Shown: positions 36,011 through 53,457 of the stretch, one piece after another | How positions within the stretch are numbered: position 1 is the first letter of the stretch | Layout: the number at the start of each line of letters is the position of its first letter | Assembly: GCF_009914755.1 (NCBI RefSeq) | Contig: NC_060929.1 | Strand: one strand, 5' to 3' | Length of the DNA: 64,000 bases | Origin: the human T2T-CHM13v2.0 reference genome, Homo sapiens | Position numbers and translations under genes: made by a program | Notes under the pieces: model-generated | Told to the model about the DNA's origin: nothing | Seen by the model: the letters and a program-made list of their open reading frames with translations, nothing else | Database searches by the model: none

Positions 36011-36601
36011 TGTTTGAAAGCCTTGTTCCCTGGTGCCGTAAAGAAATGGCACTTGAACATAAATTTAATTTTCTCAGCAAGGCCATTTTTCTATTTTCTG
36101 CAGAAAGGGTACACTCGCCAGCAGCTTAGCCACGAGAGTACACTGAACAAACGAGACAGGGTCATTTATAACCTGACATGTCCACCCTACTGCCGTGTCC
36201 AGTTTCAATTGGCTGGAACAGGACCTCACATTTTGTATTTGTCCCGATTGGCTAGCAACTTAGAACTTTTTAAAAGAGGCAAAGGCAGAGGAGAACAAAG
36301 GAAGAAGGAAGTAACTTGTGGAATGCTGAGAAAGGTAAAAACACCTTCAAATAAGGAAGAGGAACAGGCTATGACCTAATGCTTGCTTGGACCAGTATAA
36401 GCATGCCAGGGCAAATACTTAAGCTAAATTGTGGGAGCTAAGAACATAAAGTATATTGATTTCTTTATTACAGCTAGCAGATATTTAAGAATGATGGTAC
36501 AGGTCTTTGAATAAATTTTGCTTTTAAGAGAAGTTACTATTTATTCCTAACTAGATGGGGAGGAAAGTCTTTGAAGACAAACCTCTACTTTACTTTTTAC
36601 A
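36011..36601 (-). mobile_element. Solo ERV1 LTR, LTR10C-like, full length (591 bp)
   Basis: TG...CA termini; 4-bp TSD GACT (36007-36010 and 36602-36605); minus strand begins TGTAAAAAGTAAAGTAGAGG; two CCAAT boxes, TATA and ATTAAA in order. Confidence 0.85.
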
Positions 36602-37106
36602 GACTTCTAGAAATAAATAAAATTACCTTGAAGACCTTAAAATTTATCAAACAGGACATGAAATACAGTAACCATGAAATAAAAAATTGGACTTCATTAG
36701 TATTAAGACCTGCTATCCATCAAAAAACATGATTAAGACAGTGGAAAGGCAAGCCACAAAACAGGAGATGTCTGCAATATACGCATCTGACAAAGGACTA
36801 ATTTCCAGACTATAAAAAGACTCATAAATTAGTAAGAAGAAAACTCAATTTTTTTTATAAAGTCAGAAAAGGCGTATCTCTAAAAAGGATATTCAAGTGG
36901 GCAATAGGCACATAGAAATGTAAATTAAAACCACAATGAAATACCATTTCACACCTATGAGAATGGCTAAAATTAAAAAGACTGACAATGCCAATTGCTG
37001 ACTAGGATGTAGAGCAACTAAACTCATATTGCCAGAGGAAGTATAAGAATGTACAACCACTTTGGGAAAAGATCTGGCAGTTTCTTGAAACACAAAATAT
37101 ACATCT

Positions 37107-37983
37107 TGTGACATAAGAAACATATATTTGATCTTTGCTGCCCTGATGACCCCCATTACTGGCACAAAAGCGAAAATTCTTGGAATTGCCTGAGTGATAG
37201 TATTGAGAGGAGCATCTTTTGTTATTCAAAATAAGCCACTTTCAACCATACTAGAGTTTATGCTAATAAGGTGACTCTTGGAAGATGGGGGCTGGCTGCT
37301 AGAGGAACCATGATCCAAATTTTCACTGCCCCCACCACCATCTCCGGGAAAAGGAAAGGGACTGGAGACGGGAGAGGAGCTAGGAATTGAGTTAATCACC
37401 AATGCCCAATGATTAATCATTAATTAATCATTAATCATTCCTAGGTAATGTGACCTCCATTAAAAAAAAAATCTTAAAGGGCAGGGTTCAGAGAACTTCT
37501 GGGATGGCAAACATATGCCTCTACCAGGAGGATGGTATACCCCAACTTCACAGAGACAGAAGCTCCTGCACCCAGGACCCTTCTAGACCTTGCCCTACAT
37601 ACCTCTTAGTCTGACTATTCAGTTGTATCCCTTATAATGTTCTTTTTAAAAACCAATAAATGTAAGTAAAGTATTTCCCTGAGTTCTGTGAGCCTTTACA
37701 GCAAATTACTGAACATGAGCAGGTGATCATGAGACCCCTCAAGTTATAACCAAAAGTACCCTGGCAACTTAGGACTTGTGACTGGCACCTTAAGTGGGGG
37801 CAGTCTTTTGGTTAATTTAAGGGATCTCACTAGCTCCAGGTAAATACAGTCAGAATTGAATTGAACTACAGGACACCCAGTTGGTGTCTGCAAATAACTG
37901 AAGAATTGCTTTGGTGTGGAAACAAAAAACATTTGGAGTCAGGAATGATGTTAGCGTATAGAAAAATAGTTTGTTCCTTTACA
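37107..37983 (+). mobile_element. MER21-family LTR inserted in an old L1 3' end
   Basis: MER21 hallmarks (gagttaatcaccaatg, gacccttctagaccttgccctac, cagaattgaattgaactacaggacacccagttggtgtc). Confidence 0.7.
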
Positions 37984-38498
37984 TTTACTCTATCTCAGCA
38001 ATCCACTACTAAGTATACCCAAGAGAAAAAAGATGTCCTCACAAAGATCTGAATACAAATGCTCACCCAAGTTTTATTCATAATAGCCAAACGCAGGAAA
38101 CAGCCTAAACATCCATCAGTAGAATTGGTAAACAGTTATATACTCATATAATGCAATGCTACTAAGCAATAAAAAGGAATGAACTGATACAACAAGAATG
38201 AATCTAAGATAAGTCAAACATAATAGAGTGCATACAGTATGTGCATCTTGTATGATTCCATCTTATATGAAATTCCAGAACATATTTAACTAATCTATAG
38301 TTATAGAAGGCAGGTTATTTAGGGCTGGGGCAGAGAAATGACTGAAAAGGGGAACAGGGAAGTTTTTTGGGGTGACGGAAATGTTCCATATCTTGATAGC
38401 AGTAGTGGTTATGTGAGTATATATATTTCTCAAAACTCAAACAGTACACTTAAAATGAGTGGATTTTATTGAATGTAAACCATAATAAAGCTGATTAA

Positions 38499-38747
<249 letters not shown>

Positions 38748-38978
38748 TAATTTTGTATTTTTAGTAGATACGGGGTTACATCTTGTTGGTCAGGCTGGTC
38801 TCAAACTCCTGACCTCAGGCAATCCACTCCTAAAGTGCTGGGATTACAGGTGTGAGCCACCACGCCCAGCCAGAAGGGCTAAATTTTAAAGGACTAAAAA
38901 TACCAAGTGATGGCTAGAATGCTCTACATTAGAGATGGAACCAACTGGAGTACAGACATTTAGAAAACAGTTTAGCAG

Positions 38979-40052
38979 TGTGGTGTTATGACACATACAT
39001 ACTGGTTTTCATCCAATGCAGCAAAACTCCCACAGCCCTTGTTACAGTGTTTTGTTATAATGTTAGGTAAGTTAGGCCTCAGGAAACGGAATCTCGGTGA
39101 CCTTCTCCAGCCCTCCTTTGACCTGACCCGAGGCACGACTCTAATCTTTAAGATCCTCTGCAGAGAGGGTCCTGCCTTATACCCCAGGGGAAGGCATGCC
39201 GATGTCATGAAGCTTCCATAAAAACCTAAGATGTGAGCAGTGGCTCATTCCTGTAATCCCACCACTTTGGGAGGCCAAGGCAGGTGGATCAGTTGAGCCC
39301 AGGAGTTTGAGACCAGCCTGGGAAACATGGAACACCTGGTCTATACAAAAAAATGAAAAATTAACCGAGTGCACACCTGTGATCCAAGCTACTCAGGAGA
39401 CTGAGGCAGGATTGCTTAAGCCCGAAAGGTCAAGGCTGTGGTGAGCTGTTTGTGCCGCTACACTCCAGCCTAGGCAACAGAGCAAGACCGTCTCAAAAAC
39501 AAAACAAAACAAAAAAACCAAGAGGACAGGGTTCTAGACAGATGAACAGGTGGAGGTTCCTGGAGGGTGGCACACTCACAGAGGGCATGGAAGCTCTGCC
39601 CCATACCTCACCCTACACATCTCTTCATCTATATCCTTTGTAATAATATCCTTTATGATAAACTGGTAAATGTTACCTGTTTTCCTGAATTCTGTGAGCC
39701 TTTCCAGCAAATTAATTGAACCCACAGTATGGGTAGCGGGAACCCCAACTTGAAGCAAGTTGGTCAGAAGGACAAAAGCCCAGGCTTGCCACTGGTATGT
39801 GGGGTAGGGGGGCAATCTCGGGGACCAAGCCCTCAATCTGTGGGATCGGACACTATCTCTAGGTAGATTGTGTCGGAATTGAATTGGGGAACACACAGCT
39901 GGTGCCCGCTGCAGAACTGATTGCTCACTAGTGGTGGAGAGAAACCCACTCCCACACATTTGGTCACAGAAGCCTTCTTCTGTGTTCATGACTGCTGTTG
40001 TACTGGTTTGAGAGCAGAGGAAAAACATGGTTTGAGAGTTTTTCCCAAAACA
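38979..40052 (+). mobile_element. MER21-family LTR with nested Alu (~39230-39517)
   Basis: tgtggtgttatga start, aaaaca end; 5-bp TSD AGCAG; ccccacacatttggtcacagaag-type motif. Confidence 0.75.
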
Positions 40053-41659
40053 AGCAGTATCTATTAAAGCTAAATATATGCCTACCCCCATTACCCAGTA
40101 ATTCTGTTGGGTTCTCATACCCAAGAGAAACAAGTGCTCATGTCTACCTTAGAATTGCTGTCCACAGTAGCAGACAAAAATTAGAAGCAACTCACGTATT
40201 CATCAATAACAGCCAAGTACTCAGCAACCCAAGCATTTCATCAACCAAGTAAAACAAACAAACTGAATATTTACAATGGAATAATGCATAGAAAAAAAAA
40301 AACTACAGCTACACATAATAAAACGGATGAATTTTACAGACATAATAATAATGAGTGGGGGAACAAAACCACAAGAGTATATACTCTATAATCCTATTTA
40401 CATAAATTTCAAAAACAGACATAACTAGCCTACAGTGAAAGAGGTCAGAAAAGGCCTTTAAGAAGAGAGTTCATTGACTGGATGAGCTACAGGCAAGAGG
40501 AAGCCTTGAAATGCTCTGGAAAAGGTCTATAATTTGATCTAGGTAGTGGTTACACGATGTGCTGTGCACACATGTAAAAATTCATTGAGCTGTACACTTA
40601 AAACATGTATTCTTTAATGTAAGTTATACACAATAAAACATACCTATACAAATGCTCTTTTAACCAATCTCTGTTTATCCTCCAAAGCCGGAAGCTTATT
40701 ACACAGTAGCCAGGCATGGCTTGTCAGTCAATCTCACTTCTAGTCTACCCATTTACATGTACTTCATGTCTATCTCCCTCAGCATGTGTGGGCTGGAGGT
40801 AATACTAAATATCCAGAATAATGGCACCGGTAATGGAACTAGATAAAGTCATGCTCCAATCAGGGAGAATTTCTGACAAAATAGTTATAAACAGTCTAGA
40901 TGATCATAATATGGTATAATTTTAAGTGTGGGGGAAAGGACCTTATGAATTCACTATCCTTTTAACTTCTAGTAGCGATTGTAGGAAAATTAAATACATG
41001 CAGCAAGCTCCTTAAAAATAAGTATATAGCTTTCCAATCTTGTTTAAAAATTTAGCTCCATAATTATAAGGAAAATTATAGAAAAAAAGAATCGCACTAT
41101 AAATATTTACTTTATGCACAATTTTCAAAAATAAAGGCAGGTCGAAGTTACATTTTTTGCAGAAGCATGTTATTTGCATATTATAAAACTAAGCTTTACG
41201 GTGACGACATGCCTAAAACTATTACTACTGCCTTCCAAAATTAACCAACAGGTTATAAAAACAAGCAGTTAACTTTCAGACACTGATTTATGAAGGCAAA
41301 GCTTTTCAGAAACAGGACTCTCTTAATAGTCTGATTTACATTCATATCAATACAAACACACATATACGCACAGCTATCAACACAGTCATCCACTCTACAT
41401 CTAAAATGTCTCATTTCCTCCTCTTCATACCATCTGTTACTATCTCATCTTTCCTTCCCTGGGACATTCCAACAGTAAATGAATCAGTCCCCCTGCTCCA
41501 ATTTGCCCTGCTCTAAAGCATCCTCTAATCTGACAACTGGAGTGATCTTTGTAAACCACAGATCTTGCTCTAATGTTCACAGTCAACTCCCTTCTCAACC
41601 ACATCCACCACCCTCATACCTCCTCCAATCTAGGCAGGGATCACACGCTCAAAAACTTA

Positions 41660-46615
<4,956 letters not shown>

Positions 46616-47203
46616 GAAAAAGAGAAGAACAATTTAAAAAGCAAACAGTTTAAAATTCATGTAATACCATGAGACTGTCAGGAAATAAGAGCACTGTTAC
46701 TCAAGATCTGTGAGAGTATAAATTGCTGCAATGTGACTGGAGGGCAATGTGGCAATGTCTATCAGATTTATAAAAGCACCTAGTCAGTATGCCCAAGATC
46801 CTGTCCTGAAGATACCTTCCATATGCACAGTTCTTCTTTATAGCATTAACTGTAACAGCAAAAGACTAGAAATCATCTACACATGCATCAGTCCAAACTG
46901 GTTACCCAAATTATGGCATATTTGTACAATAAATCAGCATGTATCTTTTAAATTAAATTATCTCCTCAAAAAATATGACAGCTCTTTGGGAACTGATATG
47001 AAAGATAACTGAGTCATATTTTACTTAAAAAAAGGTGCAAAAATAATGTGTACAGGATACACGTATGTATAGAAAGGTTACACAAGAATGTAGTTGGGTG
47101 GCTAGAAGGAATGAGAAACTTTTTTTTTTCGCTGGTTACTCCCTTTTGCACTTTTTGAGTCTTGCTCTATTGCCTGGGCTGGAGTACAATGACACAATCT
47201 TGA

Positions 47204-47464
<261 letters not shown>

Positions 47465-48121
47465 TAGTAATTCATTCAAAAAATTTGTCGAGTATTGATT
47501 GACTGTAGCTATAATGAACTCTTCATGTCTCCATGCTTTCACTATCAAAACTTAGTTACAGTGGAGTCGCAGGAGGCCTAGGAATTAGGGTCTGAAGTGA
47601 ATATGTAAGGTGAAAATAGCATACGACAAAAATATGCCTCAAAAATCCCTTAAGGATATGCCATACTTGAGACCAACACAGCATCTCAATAATTCTAACA
47701 CCACTAATTTTTACTCCAGCATTGGAACAGTTCACAGTTTCTTCAACTGACTAGCAGATAAAATAGCTGGCTTGTATTTAGGCCTCACGTTGTGATGTTA
47801 AAAGTGTGTGTCTTTAAAATACCATAAGCACACATATCACAGCAAGCTAAAACGCACTCAGGACTCAAGACAGACTGAAAGAACAGATTCCCATTTCCCA
47901 TCTTAACGTTTGATCCACAGTCTTCACTGTTCAGGTTCTGTTTCTCTTATTTTTGTCACCAGATGCATAAAATTTGAGTTTGCATAAATGTACATAAGAT
48001 ACGTTCTCAAAAACACATTTCAAAAATTAAGCAAACTATTACAGTAGAAGAGAAAGTCACAACCCAAATGTTTGCTGACTAGGAGTAAGTAATAGCAGGC
48101 TGTAACAAAATTCTCAGGTCA

Positions 48122-48523
<402 letters not shown>

Positions 48524-48731
48524 TCAGCAGTTTCAGACCAGCCTGGCCAACATAGTGAAACCCCGTCTCTACTAAAAATAAAAAAATTAGCCGGGTGGGT
48601 TGGCATGTGCCTGTAGTCCCAGCTACCAGGAGGCTGAGGTGGGAGAATCGCTTGAACCCAGGAGGCAGAGGCTGCAGTGAGCCGAGGCCATGCCATGACA
48701 CTCCAGCCTAGGTGACAGAGTGAGACTCTGT

Positions 48732-48875
48732 GAAAGAAAAAGAGAGAAAGGGGGAGAGAGAGAGAGAGAGGAAGAACGAAAGAAAGGAAAGAAAGGAAGA
48801 AAGAAAAGAGAGAGAAAGAAAGAGAAAGAGAAAAAGAAAAAGAAGGAAAGGAAAGGAAAGGAAGAGAGGAGAGGG
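48732..48875. repeat. ~144-bp polypurine (GA-rich) tract
   Basis: Read directly; a single C interruption. Confidence 0.95.
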
Positions 48876-49710
48876 TAGTAATAACACCTCTTGGTCAACA
48901 TGACATATGATCTCAGGTTCTGACCTTAGCTGTAGCCCATTCCTTTATGTTGCCATTCCCATACACCAATACATACATTCTTCAGTCTATACTCTGAGTA
49001 ATCATGTAACTGTACTAAAGTCTAGTCAGCTACCACTGCACCTAAAAACTCCCCAATATTTCTCTCTAACCCTGCCCTCTCTAATGAACTCCAGGCCAAT
49101 ATTCCTACTAGATACTTCTCTTCTTAGACAATCCATCCATAGGCAACTCAAATTCACCATAACCCAAACTGAACTCACTTTAATATAAAGAGGCCACAAG
49201 GAAGCAAGGAAAATTCAACTGTTTTCTCAGAGTTGAAAATGAACACAAAATGGATTACAGCAGTGATAAAGGAACCTTAAGGAAAACAAAGGGCTTCCCA
49301 AACCTGTAAGTCAAGTGTGCATTCAAGCTGAATGTACTAATCTGTCTAAAAACAAATGCCTTAATCATAAAAGGATCTGGGAAGCAAAAGCAAGCAGAAG
49401 AGGTGAACGAAGAGGCTTTACCACAGGGAAAAACCACCATCCCTAAAAGTAAGCTGAATGAGGGTGTCTCAGTCCCAGGCCAACAGACGTCTTACTTCCC
49501 TGATGGAGTCTTCCTATATGAAGAGAATATTCCAGTCATTTGGCTTGAGTCTTCAGGTCTCTCTGACTTGTTTGAAAAAATTAAACTAGCATATTAATTA
49601 GGACCTAGTAAGTAAATCTGCCTATCAAAAAACAATATACTCTGGGTGTGGTGGCTCACACCTGTAATCCCAGCACTATGGAAGGCCCAGGCGGGTGGAT
49701 CACAAGGTCA

Positions 49711-49950
<240 letters not shown>

Positions 49951-50139
49951 TCATGCCAACACACATATCACTGTAAATTAATAAATTAAAATTTAGGTTT
50001 TACACATCAGTCTTGTAAAGTTGGTTAATGTTGGTCCAACCCTGGGATAAGGGGATGTCTAGGCATGCTGAGCAGATCAAATTTCTGTGAGTGTTAAACC
50101 AAGGACCAGATCTAGGATGATGGTAAATTATAAATCTCC

Positions 50140-50278
50140 ACATGTAGCTATTTAAATGTCAATTTAATTAAAATTAAAAATTCAGTTACTTTGAGCCACA
50201 CTTCAAACCTCTACCATATTGAACAGTGCAGACACTGAACATTTCAATCATTGCAGAAAGTTCTATGGGACAGCACTG
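50140..50278. mobile_element. MER3-like hAT fragment
   Basis: gaacatttcaatcattgcagaaagttctatgggacagcactg terminus. Confidence 0.65.
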
Positions 50279-50675
50279 TACTAAAAGGTAACCTCAAACT
50301 AACCTATTCCAAGTTGCCTTAGGAAACAGCCTGACAGCCCGAGATGGCTAATGCAGAACCTGAGAGCTAGACTGTTTTCTACAGAAGGTAAGAAATATAT
50401 AAAACTGTTTCCTTTTGCAATGATTTCTTGAAATCAGAATATATAGTTTTAGTCTTTAGGATTTCTGCCCCTTTATCACTGGATGATACTCTAATCTACA
50501 GGTAATATAGAACAGAGGTAAGAAGCACATTCTCTGAAGCCAGACTGCCTGGGTTCATATCTCACCTTTGTCCCTTACAAGATGTGTGACCTAAAGCATG
50601 TTATTTAACCACTCTACCCTTTAGTTTCCTCACCAGTAGGGGGGAAATAATGGTACCTACCTCATTAGGTTACTA

Positions 50676-50907
50676 CAGGTTGAATATCCCTAATCCAAAA
50701 ATACAAAATCCAAAGTGCTCCAAAATCCAAAACGTTTTGAGTGCCAACGTGATGCTCAAAAGAAATGCTCATTGAAACTTTTCAGATTTCAGATTTTAGA
50801 TTAGGAATGCTGAATCAGTATACAGCAAATATTTGAAAATCTGAAAAAAATTCAAAATTCTCAACACTTCTGATCCCAAGCATTTTAGACAAGGGATACT
50901 CAACCTG
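50676..50907. mobile_element. Tigger4a/MER46-like MITE inserted in a MIR
   Basis: Terminal inverted repeats caggttgaatatccct / agggatactcaacctg with TA target duplication. Confidence 0.85.
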
Positions 50908-50982
50908 TATAAGGATAAAAAAAAGTTTATATGTATAAAATATCTAGAATCATGCTCAATAAAGAATAAGTACCCAGTATTA

Positions 50983-51036
50983 ACTATTACTTCTACTACT
51001 AGTACCATTACTACCACCACCACCACCACCACCACC
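50983..51036. repeat. (TAC)n/(CAC)n trinucleotide repeat
   Basis: Read directly. Confidence 0.9.
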
Positions 51037-52697
51037 AGACTGTCCTGACTATCCTTCAGAAGACAAAGTGAAAAATGGCTCACACCTGTAATCCCAACAC
51101 TTCAGGAGGCCGAGTCAGGCAGATTACTTGAGGCCCGGAGTTTGAGACCAGCCTGGCCAACATGGCGAAACCCCATCCCTACTAAAAATACAAAAATTAG
51201 CTGGGCATGGTGGCACGCACCTGTAATCCCAGCTACTTAGGCAGCTGAGATACCAGAATCACTTGAACCTGGGAGGCAAAGGTTGCAGTGAGCCACAATC
51301 TCACCAGAGGAGAAATATTAGCAAATGTGAAAGTATTAAATTAAAACAAGGATCACGAAGTCAGAATGTCCGTCTACAATAAAAAGAAAATTTTTTTAAG
51401 ATGAAAGGGAGTAGGATGTTCTCCAGAAAGAATATTAAATACCGAAAAAAGTCATGTTTTCAAGAATGTTGCCTGACAATGCCTTACTTGTAAGGATGAC
51501 AAACCACAGGCCAAAAGAAGTCTACATAATGAACTACTGAGCTATTTAAATAATAAATACTGAGGAGGAACTGAGAAGATATAGGTTTGAGTTCACTGGA
51601 CCAAATGATACTTCCCTGTATAAAGCACATCTTGATATTTAAATGCATTGTCTCTCCTATACTCCCTAAATTACCTTTACATTCACTTGATGAACTGACT
51701 GAAGATCTGATTTTTCAGTAAGCAAGCATTTAATCATATTAAATGGGCTGGGCGCGGTGGCATTTAATCACATTAAATGGGCCAGGCGTGATGGCTCACG
51801 CCTGTAATCCCAGCACTTTGGGAGGCTGAGGTGGGCGGATCACAAGGTCAGGAGATCGAGACCATCCTGGCTAACACGGTGAAACCCCATCTCTACTAAA
51901 AATACAAAAAAATTAGCTGGGCGTGGTGGTGGGCGCCTGTAGTCCCAGCTACTTGGGAAGCTGAGGCAGGAGAATGGCATGAACCAGGGGGCGGAGCTTG
52001 CAATGAGTGGAGATCGCGCCACTGCACTCCAGCCTGGGCGACAGAGCGAGACTCCGCCTCAAAAAAAAAAAATCATATTAAATTATTAAAATACCATGCC
52101 AAACAATGACCCACCATGTGTTCTTTGAGTGGAAACGTGTTGTAGAAAATCACACCTTGCTCTTGCAGACAGGCAATTTGAAAATCTAAAGGTTAAAGTA
52201 CAAACTTCAGCAAGTGTAGTAAGACAGAAAGAGTCAGAGCTTTGAGGACACCTAAACCCAAGCTTAAAGCTTGGTTCTACCATTTACTAGCTGTATGACC
52301 TGAGTAACTGGCAGTTTATGCTTACGAGCTCCATTTCACTAGCTGTAAAATGCAGGTGAAGCATTGTGCCAATTAAGTAATATATGTAAAGTGCATACAA
52401 GGGTAACTGGCATGTAGCACTCGCTCTCAATAAGCAGTTGCTACAGTTAGTAAACCTCCCCAAGACGACCTGCCAAGAGACCTCAGAATAAAATATCACC
52501 ACTTTACATGAAACCGCAAAAAATATTTTGACCAGGTATTAACTATTATATAAATCATGTGAGAATGCCTCAAAGTTACCATTTGTTTTCCATATTTTAC
52601 AAGCTATTCCCTAAACAACATATGTCTCTGTTTACTGTATTTCCTATTAGACTATGAATAAAAACTATTTGGGCTTACAATAAAAATAACTGAGTTA

Positions 52698-52901
<204 letters not shown>

Positions 52902-53197
52902 TCAAGGCTGCAGTAAGCCATGTTTGTGCCACTGCAGTCCAGCCTGGGCGACCTGATGTCTCAAAGATAATAATAACTGCACTTCTTACAGTAAAACAAA
53001 GTTTTTACCAGGAATTCAGACACATAGACCTTCACTGATCCACACTCAAACATGGCCAAACATGACACTACGCACAAACGTCTAATATTTCTCCCTTTCC
53101 CTATTAATGGACAAAATAAATAAGGGAAAATATTTTTCAAAATTTCTTTCAGCGAGTTGAGTTCCACAAAACAAAACAATACAGGGTAATTGCTTAC

Positions 53198-53457
53198 CTG
53201 GAAAATATTTTGTACTTCAGATCCACCAATCCAGAATGAATGGGGGTTTTCCCTTTCAGACTAGTCTGAGAAAAGACAGCAGTCAAGCATCTTCCAAGAT
53301 TCTTTCCGTTTACTGTATCCAGCTTTCTTCAACAAAATCCCAAACATGCACTTCGGTAACTGTTGAAAGACAGAAAGCAATCCATACACCCACCATGGCA
53401 CCAGCGGCAAAGGACAGCCTCCAAGAAATGGAAGGAAGGGTCAATGGAATGGTGGAT
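53198..53457 (-). other. FBXW11: Candidate 260-nt alternative (stop-containing) exon in intron 1
   Basis: Acceptor ttttttcctgtgcctCAG|ATC; strong donor CAG|GTAAGC; no repeat recognised; TGA at 53331-53329 in the frame continuing from exon 1. Confidence 0.6.

Noticed and set aside
36014-36379. 121-aa ORF in the LTR10C
   Set aside because: Antisense to a non-coding LTR, with a TTG start; chance ORF.
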